From: Eledone cirrhosa
Taxonomy: Eukaryota
Direction of reading: 5' to 3'
Assembly (NCBI GenBank): GCA_964016885.1
Contig: OZ024747.1
Location: forward strand, 81,406,001-81,470,000
DNA length: 64,000 bases
The position numbers and the translations under genes were made by a program. The notes beneath the pieces were generated by a model, which worked only from the letters and a program-made list of their open reading frames with translations, was not told the origin of the DNA and made no database searches. The first letter of the stretch is position 1. Every line of letters begins with the position of its first letter. This document shows, one piece after another, positions 36,151 through 49,862 of the stretch.

Positions 36151-37016
36151 AATACTATCAGTATTAGAGAAATTGTTGTATCCTTGATATAAATGAAGAC
36201 TCATTTATATATATATGCAAATATGACTATAACTGCAGATGAATGGTGTGATACTAGAATACTTGTCAGATGCCTGAGCATGAAAAATAAAGGAATTTTG
36301 TACTGAAATAAGTAACATGTTTTATTGGGTTCACTTTGCTTTATGCAAAGGAAGAGAAAAGGGAAGCATTGAAGAGTAGTAGGATCATTCAGATTGTCAT
36401 CAGATTAAGACTAAGATGTAGAACTTGAGAGCTTAATGATAAAGATCTTGCATGACAATTCAATGCAAATGTATATCAGAGCAAACATCAGCAACAAAGA
36501 TCAGTAACTGATTGACAAAGAGTTTCCCTTTCAATAAAAATCCATTCAGGAAGTTGAACTTTTGGTATAATGAATAGATTCAGAAGCAGAAAAAAAGGTA
36601 GAGATATTTTGTTCATCTCTTTATCAGTTTTCCTTAATACTCATATTACATACAGATGCAAATTTCAACTTAATGAAGAGGGAACAGCTGAATTTTCTAT
36701 TAACAAGTATCATTTACTCAGTAATTCTATGGTAGCAAAGGGAAGCTGATTCATTCCTTTAAGTTACTGGCACAAATGTTGATTAACGATAGAAGAAATC
36801 TTAAGTAGCCAATGCTGATATATGACAAAATTGGAAGGGAGTCAAACCAGGAGGTTTTACAGAAAAAAAATAGAAATATCAGCATTTAAAGAGCTGTAAG
36901 GAAGGAGCCATAGATATATATATATAGGTTGATAAATATAATATAACACACAATAACACAAACATGTTCACAGAAATATATTCTATGTTATGTATGAATT
37001 ACATACACACACAAAC

Positions 37017-37047
<31 letters not shown>

Positions 37048-37118
37048 CATACACACACATGCACATATATACACATGCATATATATATATATACACACAT
37101 GTATATATATATATACAA

Positions 37119-37153
<35 letters not shown>

Positions 37154-37751
37154 TACATATATAGATATTAGTTTTGCGAGGTTTTTGATATATATATATA
37201 TATAGATATATATATATACACACATATATATACATATATATATATACATTCATATACATATATACACATATATATATTTGTACATATATATAATTATATA
37301 CATATATATATATATATATACATACAGATATATAGATGTACATATATAAACATACATAGAAATATATATATCATCATCGTTTTTACATCCGTTTTTCCAT
37401 GCTTGCATGTATAGATCCAAGCATGGGAAATAAAAATTAAAAGGTGATGCTGATGAAATACATGCATATGCATACATAGAAATACATAAGCATGTATATA
37501 CATGAATGTATACATTTACATACATCAGTATAGACATTTATAAAATGGACAGATATGCACCACACACACATAAGTATATATATATACACACACACACACA
37601 CATTCCACACAAACTACTTATATACATGCACATACATGAAAGCACAATTGTACTCACACTCATATATATATACACACACACACATACACACACACACATA
37701 CATACATCTACATATATCTATATATTTGTGAATATATATATTTGTGTGTGT

Positions 37752-37802
<51 letters not shown>

Positions 37803-37997
37803 AATATATATATATATACATGCATACACATATATCTATATATTTGTGAATATATATATATATATATTTGTATATATATATATATATATTTTTGTGTATA
37901 TATATATATATATATATATTTGTACATATATATATATATCAGTGCGTTTATATATATATTATATATATTTGTGTGTATATATATATATATATATATA

Positions 37998-38195
37998 TAG
38001 GAACAAGTAAGACCCCGACGGCTGAGCTCAAGCCGTTTCGACGGCTAATTCTGTACTCAATACAGAATTAGCCGTCGAAACGGCTTGAGCTCAGCCGTCG
38101 GGGTCTTACTTGTTCTTATTACCCACTCTACTACCCTAAGTATTGAGTACTTTGGTGCGTTATGGTCCACCTGGTTCTTTACCACATTTCCTTTG

Positions 38196-38198
<3 letters not shown>
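37998..38198 (+). mobile_element. Small hairpin element with perfect 55-bp inverted repeat containing the 3' half of a hammerhead
   Basis: Arms 38001-38055 and 38061-38115, loop CTCAA. Contains GTC-GAAA-CGGCT-tgagctc-AGCCG-TC. Flanked by (TA)n. Confidence 0.82.
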
Positions 38199-38235
<37 letters not shown>

Positions 38236-38825
38236 GTGTGTATATATATATATATTTGTGTATATATATATATATAATAGGAAAATATAAGACAGCCCAG
38301 AATAAATATTAATAATATACACTGTACCTCTAATCAATCAAGTATTTAATGAAGCAATGTTTTCTGGCAAATCTGTACTGTCTGCATAATTATTAAACTG
38401 ATATGTCTATGATGGCTTTTTACTTGTGTTTTTGTCTGATTTGTGTGCATCTGTGCATGCTTGTGTGTGTTTGGTATAATGGTATGTGCATGCAAATTAT
38501 GTATGAATGTATGTGCATCCGTGCGTGTGTATGTATGTGAGTGTATGTGTATATGTATATATATGTATGTGAATGTATGTATGTATGTAAGTGAGTGTGT
38601 GTGCATATGTGAGTGTGTGTGCATATCTATGTGTATATATGTATGTGCATATATGTATGTATGTGAATGTATGTATGTATATGTGTGAGTGTGTGTGCAT
38701 ATGTATGTGTATATACGTATGTGCATATATGTATGTATATGTGAATGTATGTATGTATGTGTATGTATGTATGTATATATGTATGTATATATGAGTATAT
38801 ATGTATATATATATATGCATGTATG

Positions 38826-38859
<34 letters not shown>

Positions 38860-39234
38860 TGTATGTATGTATATATGTATATGTATATATGTATATGTAT
38901 GTATGAGTATATATGTATCTATGTATGCATATATGAGTATATGTATGTAGTCTTTTATCTTTGCTCTGCAACAGCAAACACAAAAAGACTCGGCATTGAT
39001 GCTATAATTCAGATTGTGTGACAAGCTGGATATTATGAGTTCATTTAAACCCCTTTGCACTGATTGGTGCAGCCTTGCAGTGTATAATAAAAGTTGATTG
39101 CCAGAGATAGAAAAGCCTGTAATCAACTGATTGGACAGCACTTTGGAGGATGTCTTCAGCTGATTGGCTGAGACTAGGATTTACGCATGTACACATATAC
39201 ACACTCATGTATATATGCACACATACACATAAAA

Positions 39235-39297
<63 letters not shown>

Positions 39298-39395
39298 CAT
39301 ATTTATCATCAAGATATGATAATATCATATATACGCATGTGTGTATGTGCATGCTCATTGTCTGTTTATATTATGTATATATACACACAGAGACA

Positions 39396-39438
<43 letters not shown>

Positions 39439-39518
39439 GTGTGTATGGGTGTGGGTGTGTATCTATATACACATATACACCTACACAAACATTCACACAC
39501 ACATACATATATATGTAT

Positions 39519-39566
<48 letters not shown>

Positions 39567-39589
39567 ATACACACACACATATATATATA

Positions 39590-39641
<52 letters not shown>

Positions 39642-39718
39642 CATACACACACACATATATATATATGTGTGTCTATATATATATATATATATACACATAC
39701 ATACACACACACACACAC

Positions 39719-39749
<31 letters not shown>

Positions 39750-40336
39750 TACGCTTATATTACACATAAATAAACACAGAGAAATAGATGAAATGAGATG
39801 AGAGTGTGTATGTGTTTTACTTCATCAGCTCCATTTCTTTGCCAGTTACTGTAAATTTATCATTATATTTCAAATAAGCTGTTCCATTTTTGTTTGAGGT
39901 TAGTTTGAGGTTACTGTTCGATTATACGTGGTTGGGTAATATCACATCCCTGCATGACTTGTATGATAACAACCAAATCATCAGCAGAAGCAACAATTGT
40001 TTAGTTACTGCTTTTTTACTATTTGTTTTGTTCTATTTATATTTTTTTTAAATGAAGGAAATCAATATAATCACAAATGATTATGGATGATACTGATACT
40101 ACACAGACACAGATGTGATCAAACATGTAAGCTGCACACACAAGCACATGTTTTTTAGTTCTTTAGTTTGTTTTAGTCATCATGTCTCAGACCATGCTAT
40201 AGTATCAATATATTTTTATTTCATCCATTTTTAAAATGTTCTAAGTTATATGCTGTTGTTTAGAAGTAACCTGTTGAGCAGAATCTGTAACTCACTTTCA
40301 GTTTCTAGGTGTAAGCATTTCATTATTTGTGTATTA

Positions 40337-40655
40337 ATAATTGTTTCTACTTTTGGCACAAGGCCAGCAATTATCCTAGTGCATTACTAGTACTTTATTT
40401 TATCGACCACGTAAGAATGAAAGGCAAAGTTAACCTCAGCAGGATTTGAACTCAGACCGTAAATATTAATAATTGTTTCTACTTTTGGCACAAGGCCAGC
40501 AATTGCCCAGTGTATTACTGGTACTTTATTTTATCGACCCCGTAGGGATGAAAGGCAAAGTTAACCTCGGCGGGATTTGAACTCAGAATGACAAGGGCCA
40601 TAATTCTATGAGTCAAAGCATGGTATCCGACCCTCTACCGATACTGCCAATTCAC
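40337..40655 (-). mobile_element. Tandem pair of family-1 SINEs
   Basis: Two head-to-tail copies. The first is truncated just beyond the B-box. Confidence 0.88.
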
Positions 40656-43600
40656 AATGCTCTCTGAACAACCATGAATGTAGTTTAATTTTTGTTCCTG
40701 TTTTTCTAATACATTTACTTAGTTAATCAGGATTGGTAAGAAATAAAGATCAAAATGCTATAGGCCTTTTAGTGCCAAACCTCTTGAAACTAACCCTGGT
40801 TACCTGATATTAAGCTGTTTATATTTATAAAAATCATTCCATAATAAATTCTATGAAAGAAACTTTGTTAATTTAGGGTGCAAACACCAGTGGAATAATG
40901 CAAAAGCTAATTACATAACTAAATTGCTTGAAATTTTTTATCATTTTCAAAATTATTTATAAATCATATTCAGTATTTATCATTGGAGATATGGTGACAA
41001 AAGGGTTAAAAGGAATAGAGACAGTATTTCTAAATTAACATCTTTATTATCTTATAGAGTTAGTTCATGTATTGGTGACAGCAATGTTGTTGCCTTTGAC
41101 ATCAACCATTCAACTATATCTCACATAAAAATCATCTCAGCAATTTGGATTGCTAATGAATACTATCTATCTCTCACCTTTTAGATCTGGTAGGAATCTT
41201 TATCACTTGATTTCTGTCAACTAAATTTTCCTTCTTTAAATTATTATTTACTGTTACTTCTAACCTTATACTCGCTTATGTATATTATATTCAATTTTAC
41301 TCCTCAATGTTTTTTTATAGAAGCATTGTTCACACACATGCTTTTTGTCTTCTTTTAAATAATATATCGGGGAGCAGAAGAATTGATAATATCTTCTAAG
41401 GGCATGACAACTTCAAGTCTCATACAAGAATTCTAAAACACATTCACTATATATATCAAGAAACCTTATATATAATACAGGAGTCATTTGTATAAAGAAA
41501 CTGATAAATTTGCAAGTAGATATGCTGTACTTTCTCTCTTGTGTTATATATATCAATTCATATATTGTTGATTTGGCTCTGTTAAATCTGCAAGAGAAAA
41601 TCTGTGTTTTGGAAGAGGAAATTTATTTATAAGGAGAGCAATTTTCAGAGATCACATCTTAGATTTGTAAATATAATGTTTCTATGAATCAGCTTGAATT
41701 GAACCTAATCATTTGATTAGCATTTTGATATTGATCATGTTATACTCATGAAACATTCTGTACTAAATCTAGGTACTGATAGAAAAAATGTTGAGGAAGT
41801 TTTAGTTTCTACACCAAACAGTTCAAACCATCAAACCTGAAAGTGTTTTTCTCACTAGTTTCTATGCATTTTTATATTGTTGCTATAAACAGACTAGAAT
41901 GCAAGACCTAAATCTTGGTATTGTGAATGATGTTGATGTTATTTAACCCCAAGTCAGCTCTGATTGAGCAGACCTATGATCAATGGCATTCTAGCCATAA
42001 TTATCTCCGCTTTTTCTGTAGGCATTGTCTACCTTGGACAACAATATCCAGTGCATGCTTTTCTTTTTATAAATATATTGGAGTGTAATTTAATGAATGT
42101 TTGCTGCTATTTTTAGTAGGACGAATAACTATGTTAAGTTTACTTTATTGGCTTATACTGTGTACGTTGAAAGGTCTTCTATGGAGTTGTATGGAATAGA
42201 TTGCTCTATATTGCCATATTATGTTTTAGTGGGGTAACTTTACAATGAAATAAAGATTGAGTAAAATTTGTCCATAAAAGATACATCATTAAAATAAATG
42301 GAAGAAAGTTGAAATGCCAACACAAAAGCATATATCCTCACCATCAACAGCAATACATACATTTTATTATAGGCATTTTTGTATTTTATCAGTGCCTTTG
42401 CCATACAACATATTACCCAAAATAACTAGTTTTGTGGAATCCAGCTTCTTCAGCTCAGATCTCGGATATTTTTTTTTTTATATCTTCCTATTTTCTCTAC
42501 CATGAGAGGCCCTCAACTGAGAGTGCTTATTAAATTTCCGTCATTAATCATCATTGATTTGAATCTCTTGTCAATACCAGTATAGTCATCTCTACCACAG
42601 ATTTCAAGTGCTGTTTTGAATATGTATTGGTCAAACTGAGACTATGGTGGAAGACACCAAAAGTTCCATGCAGTGGGACTGAACATGAAACAAATGTGAC
42701 TGCAAAGTAAACTCCATAACTACATAGCCATGCCTGCAACTACAGCCAAGAAAATGACCAATTCATGATTTAAGGAAAAGACTATGATTGTATATTTGAA
42801 TGCAGCCACACACTGCATAAGAAATTAAGGTGGTCAGGAACACGCAGTCAACATACAAGCTATTTCAGGAAATTTGATTATGTAGGTTGCCACAAAGTGT
42901 CTAGCCATTATTATAGGCCTGCTAAATCATAGCTGATCAAGAATATGAAGCACCAATGATAACATGAAAAGCCAATCAACAATGAGCTAATGAGTGAGTT
43001 TAGATGTAGCATTGCTTTAAGTAATATAGTAAGTCAATTCTCTCCTTAAGTCAATGCAAATTTAATATGCATGAATGTAAATATCTGTGTTTATCTCTCG
43101 ATATATTCAAACACATACCCACACATAGATCACGAGTGTACAGAGGTGTTGATTATAAAGTCTGGAGTGAAAGTCTATTGGAATAAAGATGACAAGCTTA
43201 CAATGATCACTAACATTATCATAACCAATATAATCACAATTAATAACATAATCATAAAAATGATATGTATATTGATCTAACTCCCTTTAGGCAGAAGCAG
43301 AGAGGCAGATATAGTTAATGTGTGTGTATATATATATTTGATAATATGTGTAAGAAAAACGAAGCTTCAACAAGTCAGATATTTAGAGAGATTTTGTAAA
43401 ATAATATAGTATGGGGAAATAAGGAGAACATCAGTTGATGAGAGAGAAGTGGAAGAGAGAGAGAATGAAGAGGAAGAGAGGGAATGAAAGTAAAGGAGTA
43501 ACAGATATTGAGTGAAAGTCAGGAACTTAGAGAAAAAGAATCATTAAAAAAATCAGAAAGTGAAAAGCAAATCTGAGAAAAACTAAGAGGGAGAAAGGAG

Positions 43601-44042
43601 AGGCAAGTTGACTTTGTCTGCTTTGGCAGGAATAACAATGAAATGTCTAGAGATAATAAGCAGTTACTGATGATGGTGATGATGTTGATAATGATAGTGG
43701 GGGATGATGGTGGTGATGTTTTCAGCATGAATTTATTGTTGTCTGTTAAAGTCATGTCCATTGTGTTCATGGCCTGGGTGGATGGATGAACATATTGAGA
43801 ATAATCAGAGGTGGTGAAGGAAGAGGAGAAGATTAAGTATTGGTTGGGTTGAAGCTGAAGAATGTTTGTTCAGAGATAAAGAAATGTATCCCATGGGAAC
43901 TTGAAATAGTGAAGATAATCTCTAAGTTGTGGAAATGAGATTTGAGTGGGGAATCTCTTATACTAACCAAGGGGATAAATTAGCCCTAAGGGTAATATAG
44001 CTGAACTTGGAATTGTTATGAAGGATTGGATAAACAGTTTAG

Positions 44043-44263
44043 CTCTTTAGCATTTAAACCAGCTGTATGCACCTAGAATACCCCCACCTCTTTCTGTTCA
44101 AACTGGCCATAACTGGCCACTGATACCAATGTTAAGGTATCGTTCTCAAAATAAATAATATCAAAATCTCATAGATTTGATACTATGTGAGATGATTATG
44201 TGAGGTAAAGCCTTTACTGCAAAAATGCAATAGTAAATATACAGTAATGTCAATGCTAACAGG
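44043..44263 (+). mobile_element. Degenerate copy of the piggyBac-type MITE
   Basis: Internal sequence matches 33178-33396. Termini are mutated. Confidence 0.72.
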
Positions 44264-44573
44264 TCAACAGTATACATGTAAGAAGTACATGGCTTGATAA
44301 AGATGGTTTTAGAGGAATGATTAATCTTTTTGATACCAACCCACCTAAAACAGTAATGTGTGGTCTGGATCAAAGACATCCATTTGAAAAGGGTTTCTAT
44401 GCAAATTTAAATCTCCCAACATACTTTTTTGTAAGGTCATTTTAATGTTACAAATAATGACATTTGTACATTATTTTATGTACTATACATGCACCTTTGA
44501 TGAGTTGTAGTGCACCTGACCACTGCACACAATAATTTGCATTATATCATTGTATTATTATATATATATATAT

Positions 44574-44765
44574 GGGCGGTGGATTGGCAGTATCAGTAGA
44601 GGGTCTGACGCCATGCTTTGCAGCATAGAGTTACAGCACTTTATGGTCTGAGTTCAAATCCCACCGAGGTTAACTTTGCCTTTCATCCTTACGGGGTCGA
44701 TAAAATAAAGTACCAGTAATACACTGGGATAATTGTTGGCCTTGTGCCAAATGTAGAAACAATTA
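44574..44765 (+). mobile_element. Full-length family-1 SINE
   Basis: GGCGGTGGATTGGCAGTATCAGTAGAG head, B-box GAGTTCAAATCCC, core and tail. ATTATATATATATATATG flanks both sides as a possible TSD. Confidence 0.92.
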
Positions 44766-45654
44766 TATATATATATATGTGTGTGTGTATGTGTGTGTGA
44801 GTATGTGTGAATGGATATGTGCTCAGGTATAATTGCCAACCGGGTAAGGAACTTAACTTCCACCCTACAGGTCTTGAGTTCATTTTGATGCTAGTATTTA
44901 ATTGCATATCTGCACAAGCCACTTTATTTTTCTATATTTTTTTTGTTTTCCTAGCTATCTGGAACACCATTACATGCAATGAATTAGCCTCTTCTTCAGT
45001 AGGACATTTATGTCTCATCACTCTACACAGTCTAAACCATGACATTTCATACATTAATGTATAAATAAAAGAATAAATGACCATATCTCTAGCATGTGCA
45101 CATATATGTATCAATAGCTAAAAGATTCTCTTTGTCAAAACCAGGATTGCAGTCTAGATACATCTTTCTTTTTGTCTTTTCCATTCCTTCTAGTAACAGT
45201 TATGTTCTCTTATATTGACAGTACTAAGTCCATTTGTTAACCTTTTCATGTTTATTCTCAATATATAAAGATATATACATATTGATACTTATTCATTGTG
45301 CATTTTGAAATGTTATAAACGTTCTTGACTTATTAGGTAAAACTCTTGGAACCATTTCATATTAGTCTTATATTAAGGTTCAGTGATTCTGTTTATGTGG
45401 GATCAGTGAAAGGCAGAGCTGAAAGGGTTAGAGATCAATAGAGAATGTAAAAACATGAAACTGAATATTGTAAGGTAAGGAAGAAAGGAAGATGCTCTGC
45501 TCTGACATTTCTGTTATACTATTACTTTTATTTATATATATATATATATATGTGTGTGTGATACATGCACACACACACACATATCTATGTGTGTGTGTTT
45601 GTGTATATATATTATGTTTGTGTGCGTGTGTATGCATGTATATATGTATGTATA

Positions 45655-45980
45655 TTCATTTCATTTTTCATTTCATTTCATTTCATTTCATTTTTCATTT
45701 TCCCTGCTTGCAAGGGTGGGACGGGAACTGATTGTGGCTTGATTTCTACAGCTGTATGCCCTTCCTAACACCAACCTCATTTACAGTGAGTGCTGGGTGC
45801 TTTTTTGCCGTGACACCTCCACGACCACTTTGCAGTGGAATGATATGGATCCCAGTCCCTATCATCTCATTTCTACAGCTGAGTAAACTGGAGCAATGTG
45901 AAATAAAGTGTCTTGCTCAAGGAAACAACACATCACCCGGTCTGAGAATTGAATTCACAACCTTTCGATTGCAAAGCCAA
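45655..45980 (-). mobile_element. Chimeric SINE (family-2 head/core + RTE tail) ending in (GAAAT)n
   Basis: Matches 20306-20575. B-box-like GAATTCAATTC is present and the tail repeat is altered. Confidence 0.75.
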
Positions 45981-45989
45981 TATATATAT

Positions 45990-46205
45990 AATAATAATGG
46001 TTTCTTATATAGGCACAATGCCAGCAATTTTGGGGGAGGGGAAAGTCAATTAAATCGACCACAGTGCATTACTGGTACTTTATTTTATCGACCCCGTAAG
46101 GATGAAAGGAAAAGTTAACCTTGGCGGAATTTGAACTCAGATCATAAAAGGCCGTAACTCTATGCTGCAAAGCATGGTATCTGATGCCCTACCAATATTG
46201 CCAAT
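45990..46205 (-). mobile_element. Family-1 SINE, longer subfamily
   Basis: Same head and core with an extra GGGGAGGGGAAAGTCAATTAAATCGAC segment. Confidence 0.85.
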
Positions 46206-46232
46206 AATGATAAAAAGGACAGTACATTCCCT

Positions 46233-47524
46233 ATCATCATCATCATCATCATCAACGTTTAACGTCCGTGTTCCACGCTTGCATGGGTTTGGACGGGGGT
46301 AGTCCCACTTGAGGCAAGAGTGATTGTCTTGCTCGCATAGGACTGTCTGGCAGGTTTTCTACAGCTGGATGCCCTTCCTAACACCAACCACATTTACAGT
46401 GTGGGTCTGGGAGGTTTTTACCGTGTTGCCTACACGGCCACATTACAGCGTGGACTGTGTGTTTTTTTGTCGTGACACCTACACGATCTCATTTGTTTCG
46501 GCCTCGATGGCGCGGCACCAACATAACTTTACATAGAACGGGGTGGTGTGGATGGGGTGGGGGTGGTGGTGGTGGGACCGGGTGTATTTTGTTAGAGATG
46601 CCTACTGGCTGGAGTAGGTTTTACTATATATTTAGGTAAGGCGGGTCTTCTCTGTTACTGAGTACCGCCAAAGGTCTCGGTCCAGTGACATTGTCTTGGA
46701 GGGGTGTAAGTGTGTGATGTCGGAGTTTATCAGCTCGTCCCAGGTTTTTCTAGGTCTGCCTATTCCGTGACTACCGTCTATCTTTATTGCCCTGCACTTT
46801 GTTATACAGCTATCGACTTTCATGCGCATCACGTGTCCATACCAACGTAGCCTTCTCTCGAGTAAACAACATCTGATCCCTCTTATCTCTAATTTTTTCC
46901 TTAGTTCGTTTATGCTTTGCCGTTCACGTATATTACTGTTACACATCCAGCGGAGCATGCAAGCTTCGTTCCTCTCTAGTCTGCGTATATCCTCTGCACA
47001 CAATGCCCAGGTCTCACTGCCATGCAGCATTGATGTTCGTATGCAGGCATCGTACAACCTGCCTTTCATTTTTAGGGAGAACCCTTTAGCAGCTAATAGT
47101 GGTATAAGCTCTCTGAACTTTTTCCAACCAGTTCTGACTCTAGCTACAGTACTTTCAGAGCACCCTCCCCCACTGCTGATTTTATCGCCCAGGTAACGGA
47201 AGCTGTCCACTATTTCTATAGAACCCTCTGCGCAATTGAAAGAGCTAGTATTTTGTGGGCACTTGCTGCTACTTATTGCACCAGAGCACCGGCCACATGT
47301 AAAATCTATGTTCTTAGTTAGCTTACCTGTGATCCCACTACATCTTTTATGCACCCATACTTTGCATTTAGGACATAAAATGGAGTTTCTACCTACGCCT
47401 TTCCTACACACCGAGCACGACCATTTCCCAGAAGGGACCGCCGCCTTGTTTTCTTTCCTACAAACTAGTACTTTGGTCTTAGCCAGGTTAATTTTAAGTC
47501 CTTTTGACTCTAGGCCGTGCTTCC
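46233..47524 (-). mobile_element. 5'-truncated RTE LINE with PHD finger; open C-terminal ORF
   Basis: WKHGLESKGLKINLAKTKVL, CSVC..CPKC..HKRC..CGRC, VDSFRYLGD, RRLRWYGHVMRM, GRPRKTW. Has a (GAT)n tail and a 5' junction at (TA)n. Confidence 0.95.
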
Positions 47525-48019
47525 ATATATATATATATATATAAACAGTGATGATGATGATGATATATTTGACCTGTCCACAATCCTTTTCTCGCGGGCA
47601 CTTGGCCAAGCCGGTATGAATTTTTTTCTCTCTCTCTTTCGTCTGCGACTTCACAGAACTTATGTTTACCGAATTCGCAGACCAGACCCCTTCTTCCTCC
47701 CGTTAGACCTGTGCGAAATTCCTTCCTTGCTCACATTTCAACCAGGTTTGATGGTCTTTATTCTCTCGTTCACGATTCCAACGAATTTATATTCATAGAA
47801 ATCTGGGACTTGTTTCCTTCTTCCTCTTAAACCATTTTGTTTGTTTACCCAGCGTCCCCTTTATTTACGTGTCCCAACGACTTTTTTTTAGCCGTTGCTC
47901 GCACCAACCTGAGGTATATGGCCTTTAATGCGACGAAATGCCTACGACGGTTGGATGGCCACTGATGAGGACAAACTTTTTCATATGTAACCCATTTGCA
48001 GCGCCGCAGCTCCATTATT

Positions 48020-48093
<74 letters not shown>

Positions 48094-49008
48094 AGAGTCA
48101 GGACTCAACGACTGAGCTCTTACCATTTCAACAGCTAATTCCAGAGCAATCACACTCTACTACCCCCCCCCCCCCTCCCCAAGTAACGAGTACTCTGTTG
48201 AGTAATGGTCTAACGAGTTTCAAACTGAATCTATCCTGATTTATATATATGTGTATACATTATATTATATATAAAAGATGATCTTGCACATTTAAACCTC
48301 TCAAAGGAGATGAGAAAGTATCAAGATCTCTGGCATTATGCTGTACTACAAAAGATTTGCCTTACGATGTCCATGTGAATCATGCATACTCGTTCCTGCC
48401 CAACTTTTAGCTTCCTTACCCTTGATATACAGCTTTGGTCCAATCTGTGCATACAAGCACGGGAAGCTGGACATGCTCCACATTTTCTCCCTCATGATTA
48501 CATGGCAAAAAGCAAAAAATGTCTATCACCTCCAAGACTCACCTTCATGTCCAGCATTGAAAGAAAGGCACACCCGACAATATAATGCCATATACAACTC
48601 TCTCTTATGACCAACTACATGATACAACATTTGCTCTCTCTATGTATCTATGTTTATATATATAGGCATATATATAATCATCATTTTACCATCAGTCCAG
48701 CAAAGAAATAGAAAAAAACAGCAATTTCTGCATGTATACATATAAAGAAATGCATGCAACAACACAAGAATACACACACAAGAACACACACACACACATA
48801 TATACACATCAGTCTCTGACATGCATTCAATCAAGACATCTATATACGCACAGCTTTCATAACTGATTGAAATGTCACTGTTTTCATTACTAAAGTATCT
48901 CTGTAGAAATATATTCCAATGAATGATGTTAAGTTTCCAAGAAGATGTAATAGAATTTCATACTTTACAGAAGAAAACTACACTCATAATATATGCCTGT
49001 GAATATAT

Positions 49009-49430
49009 ATCATCATCATCACCGTTTTACATCCGTTCTTCCACGCTAGCATGGGTTAGACGGGTTGTCCTGTTCTGGGCAGTGTCTGGTCGGCTGACCA
49101 TGCCTTGCTCATACAGGAACTGGTTTGGCTTGATTTCTACAGCTGGATGCCCTTCCTAACACCAACCTCATTTACAGTGAGTGCTGGGTGCTTTTTCATG
49201 GCGCCTACACGTCCACTTTACAGTGTGGGCTGGATGCTTTTTTGTTGTGGAACCTCCACGACCACCTTGCAGTGGGGGCATATTGTCTATATGCTTCAGC
49301 TTGTACCCATGTGAGGTCGGGTACTCTGTATTAATGCGTGACGCCAGAGGTCACGGTCGTGTACATCGCCTTTGAGAGGTGTAATTGGGTAAGGTCGGCT
49401 TTTATCACCTCATCCCAGGTCATCTTGGGT
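49009..49430 (-). mobile_element. RTE 3' fragment, same subfamily as 25306
   Basis: Near-identical to 25320-25742 (PKMTWDEVIKADLTQLHLSK + UTR). Confidence 0.92.
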
Positions 49431-49862
49431 TTATATATATATATACACACACATACATATGTACATACATACATAGATACACATATACATATGTGCATGC
49501 ATACATACATACAACATACATCATACATATGAGCTCTATAATAAACATACTATGTCATTTCCTTTTTTAGGATAAAGGAACTTTACAAAACTCTCCAGCT
49601 ATATCAAGAAACTGAAAAAGGTCTTCATGGAACATAGTATCACCTAGAAATTGTAGAAAGATACAGACCAGACCAGATATCTATGGAACCAGGAAATGCA
49701 AGCTCTGCAACAACAATAACAACAATGTTTTGCACAAAGCCAGAAATTCATGGAGTGGGGAAAATTGATTATATTGATACTAGTACTTGATTGAATATAT
49801 CCAGGATACATATGGTTTTATAAATATACTTTCCATTTATTTAATATCATTCTATATATATA

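Noticed and set aside
44574-44665. Functional tRNA gene
   Set aside because: A and B boxes are present, but the sequence continues into a multi-copy SINE body and has no cloverleaf.
47524-47654. N-terminal extension of the 340-aa ORF (likewise 26495-26557 of the 316-aa ORF)
   Set aside because: Read-through from flanking microsatellite or unrelated DNA into 5'-truncated RTE copies, so not real starts.
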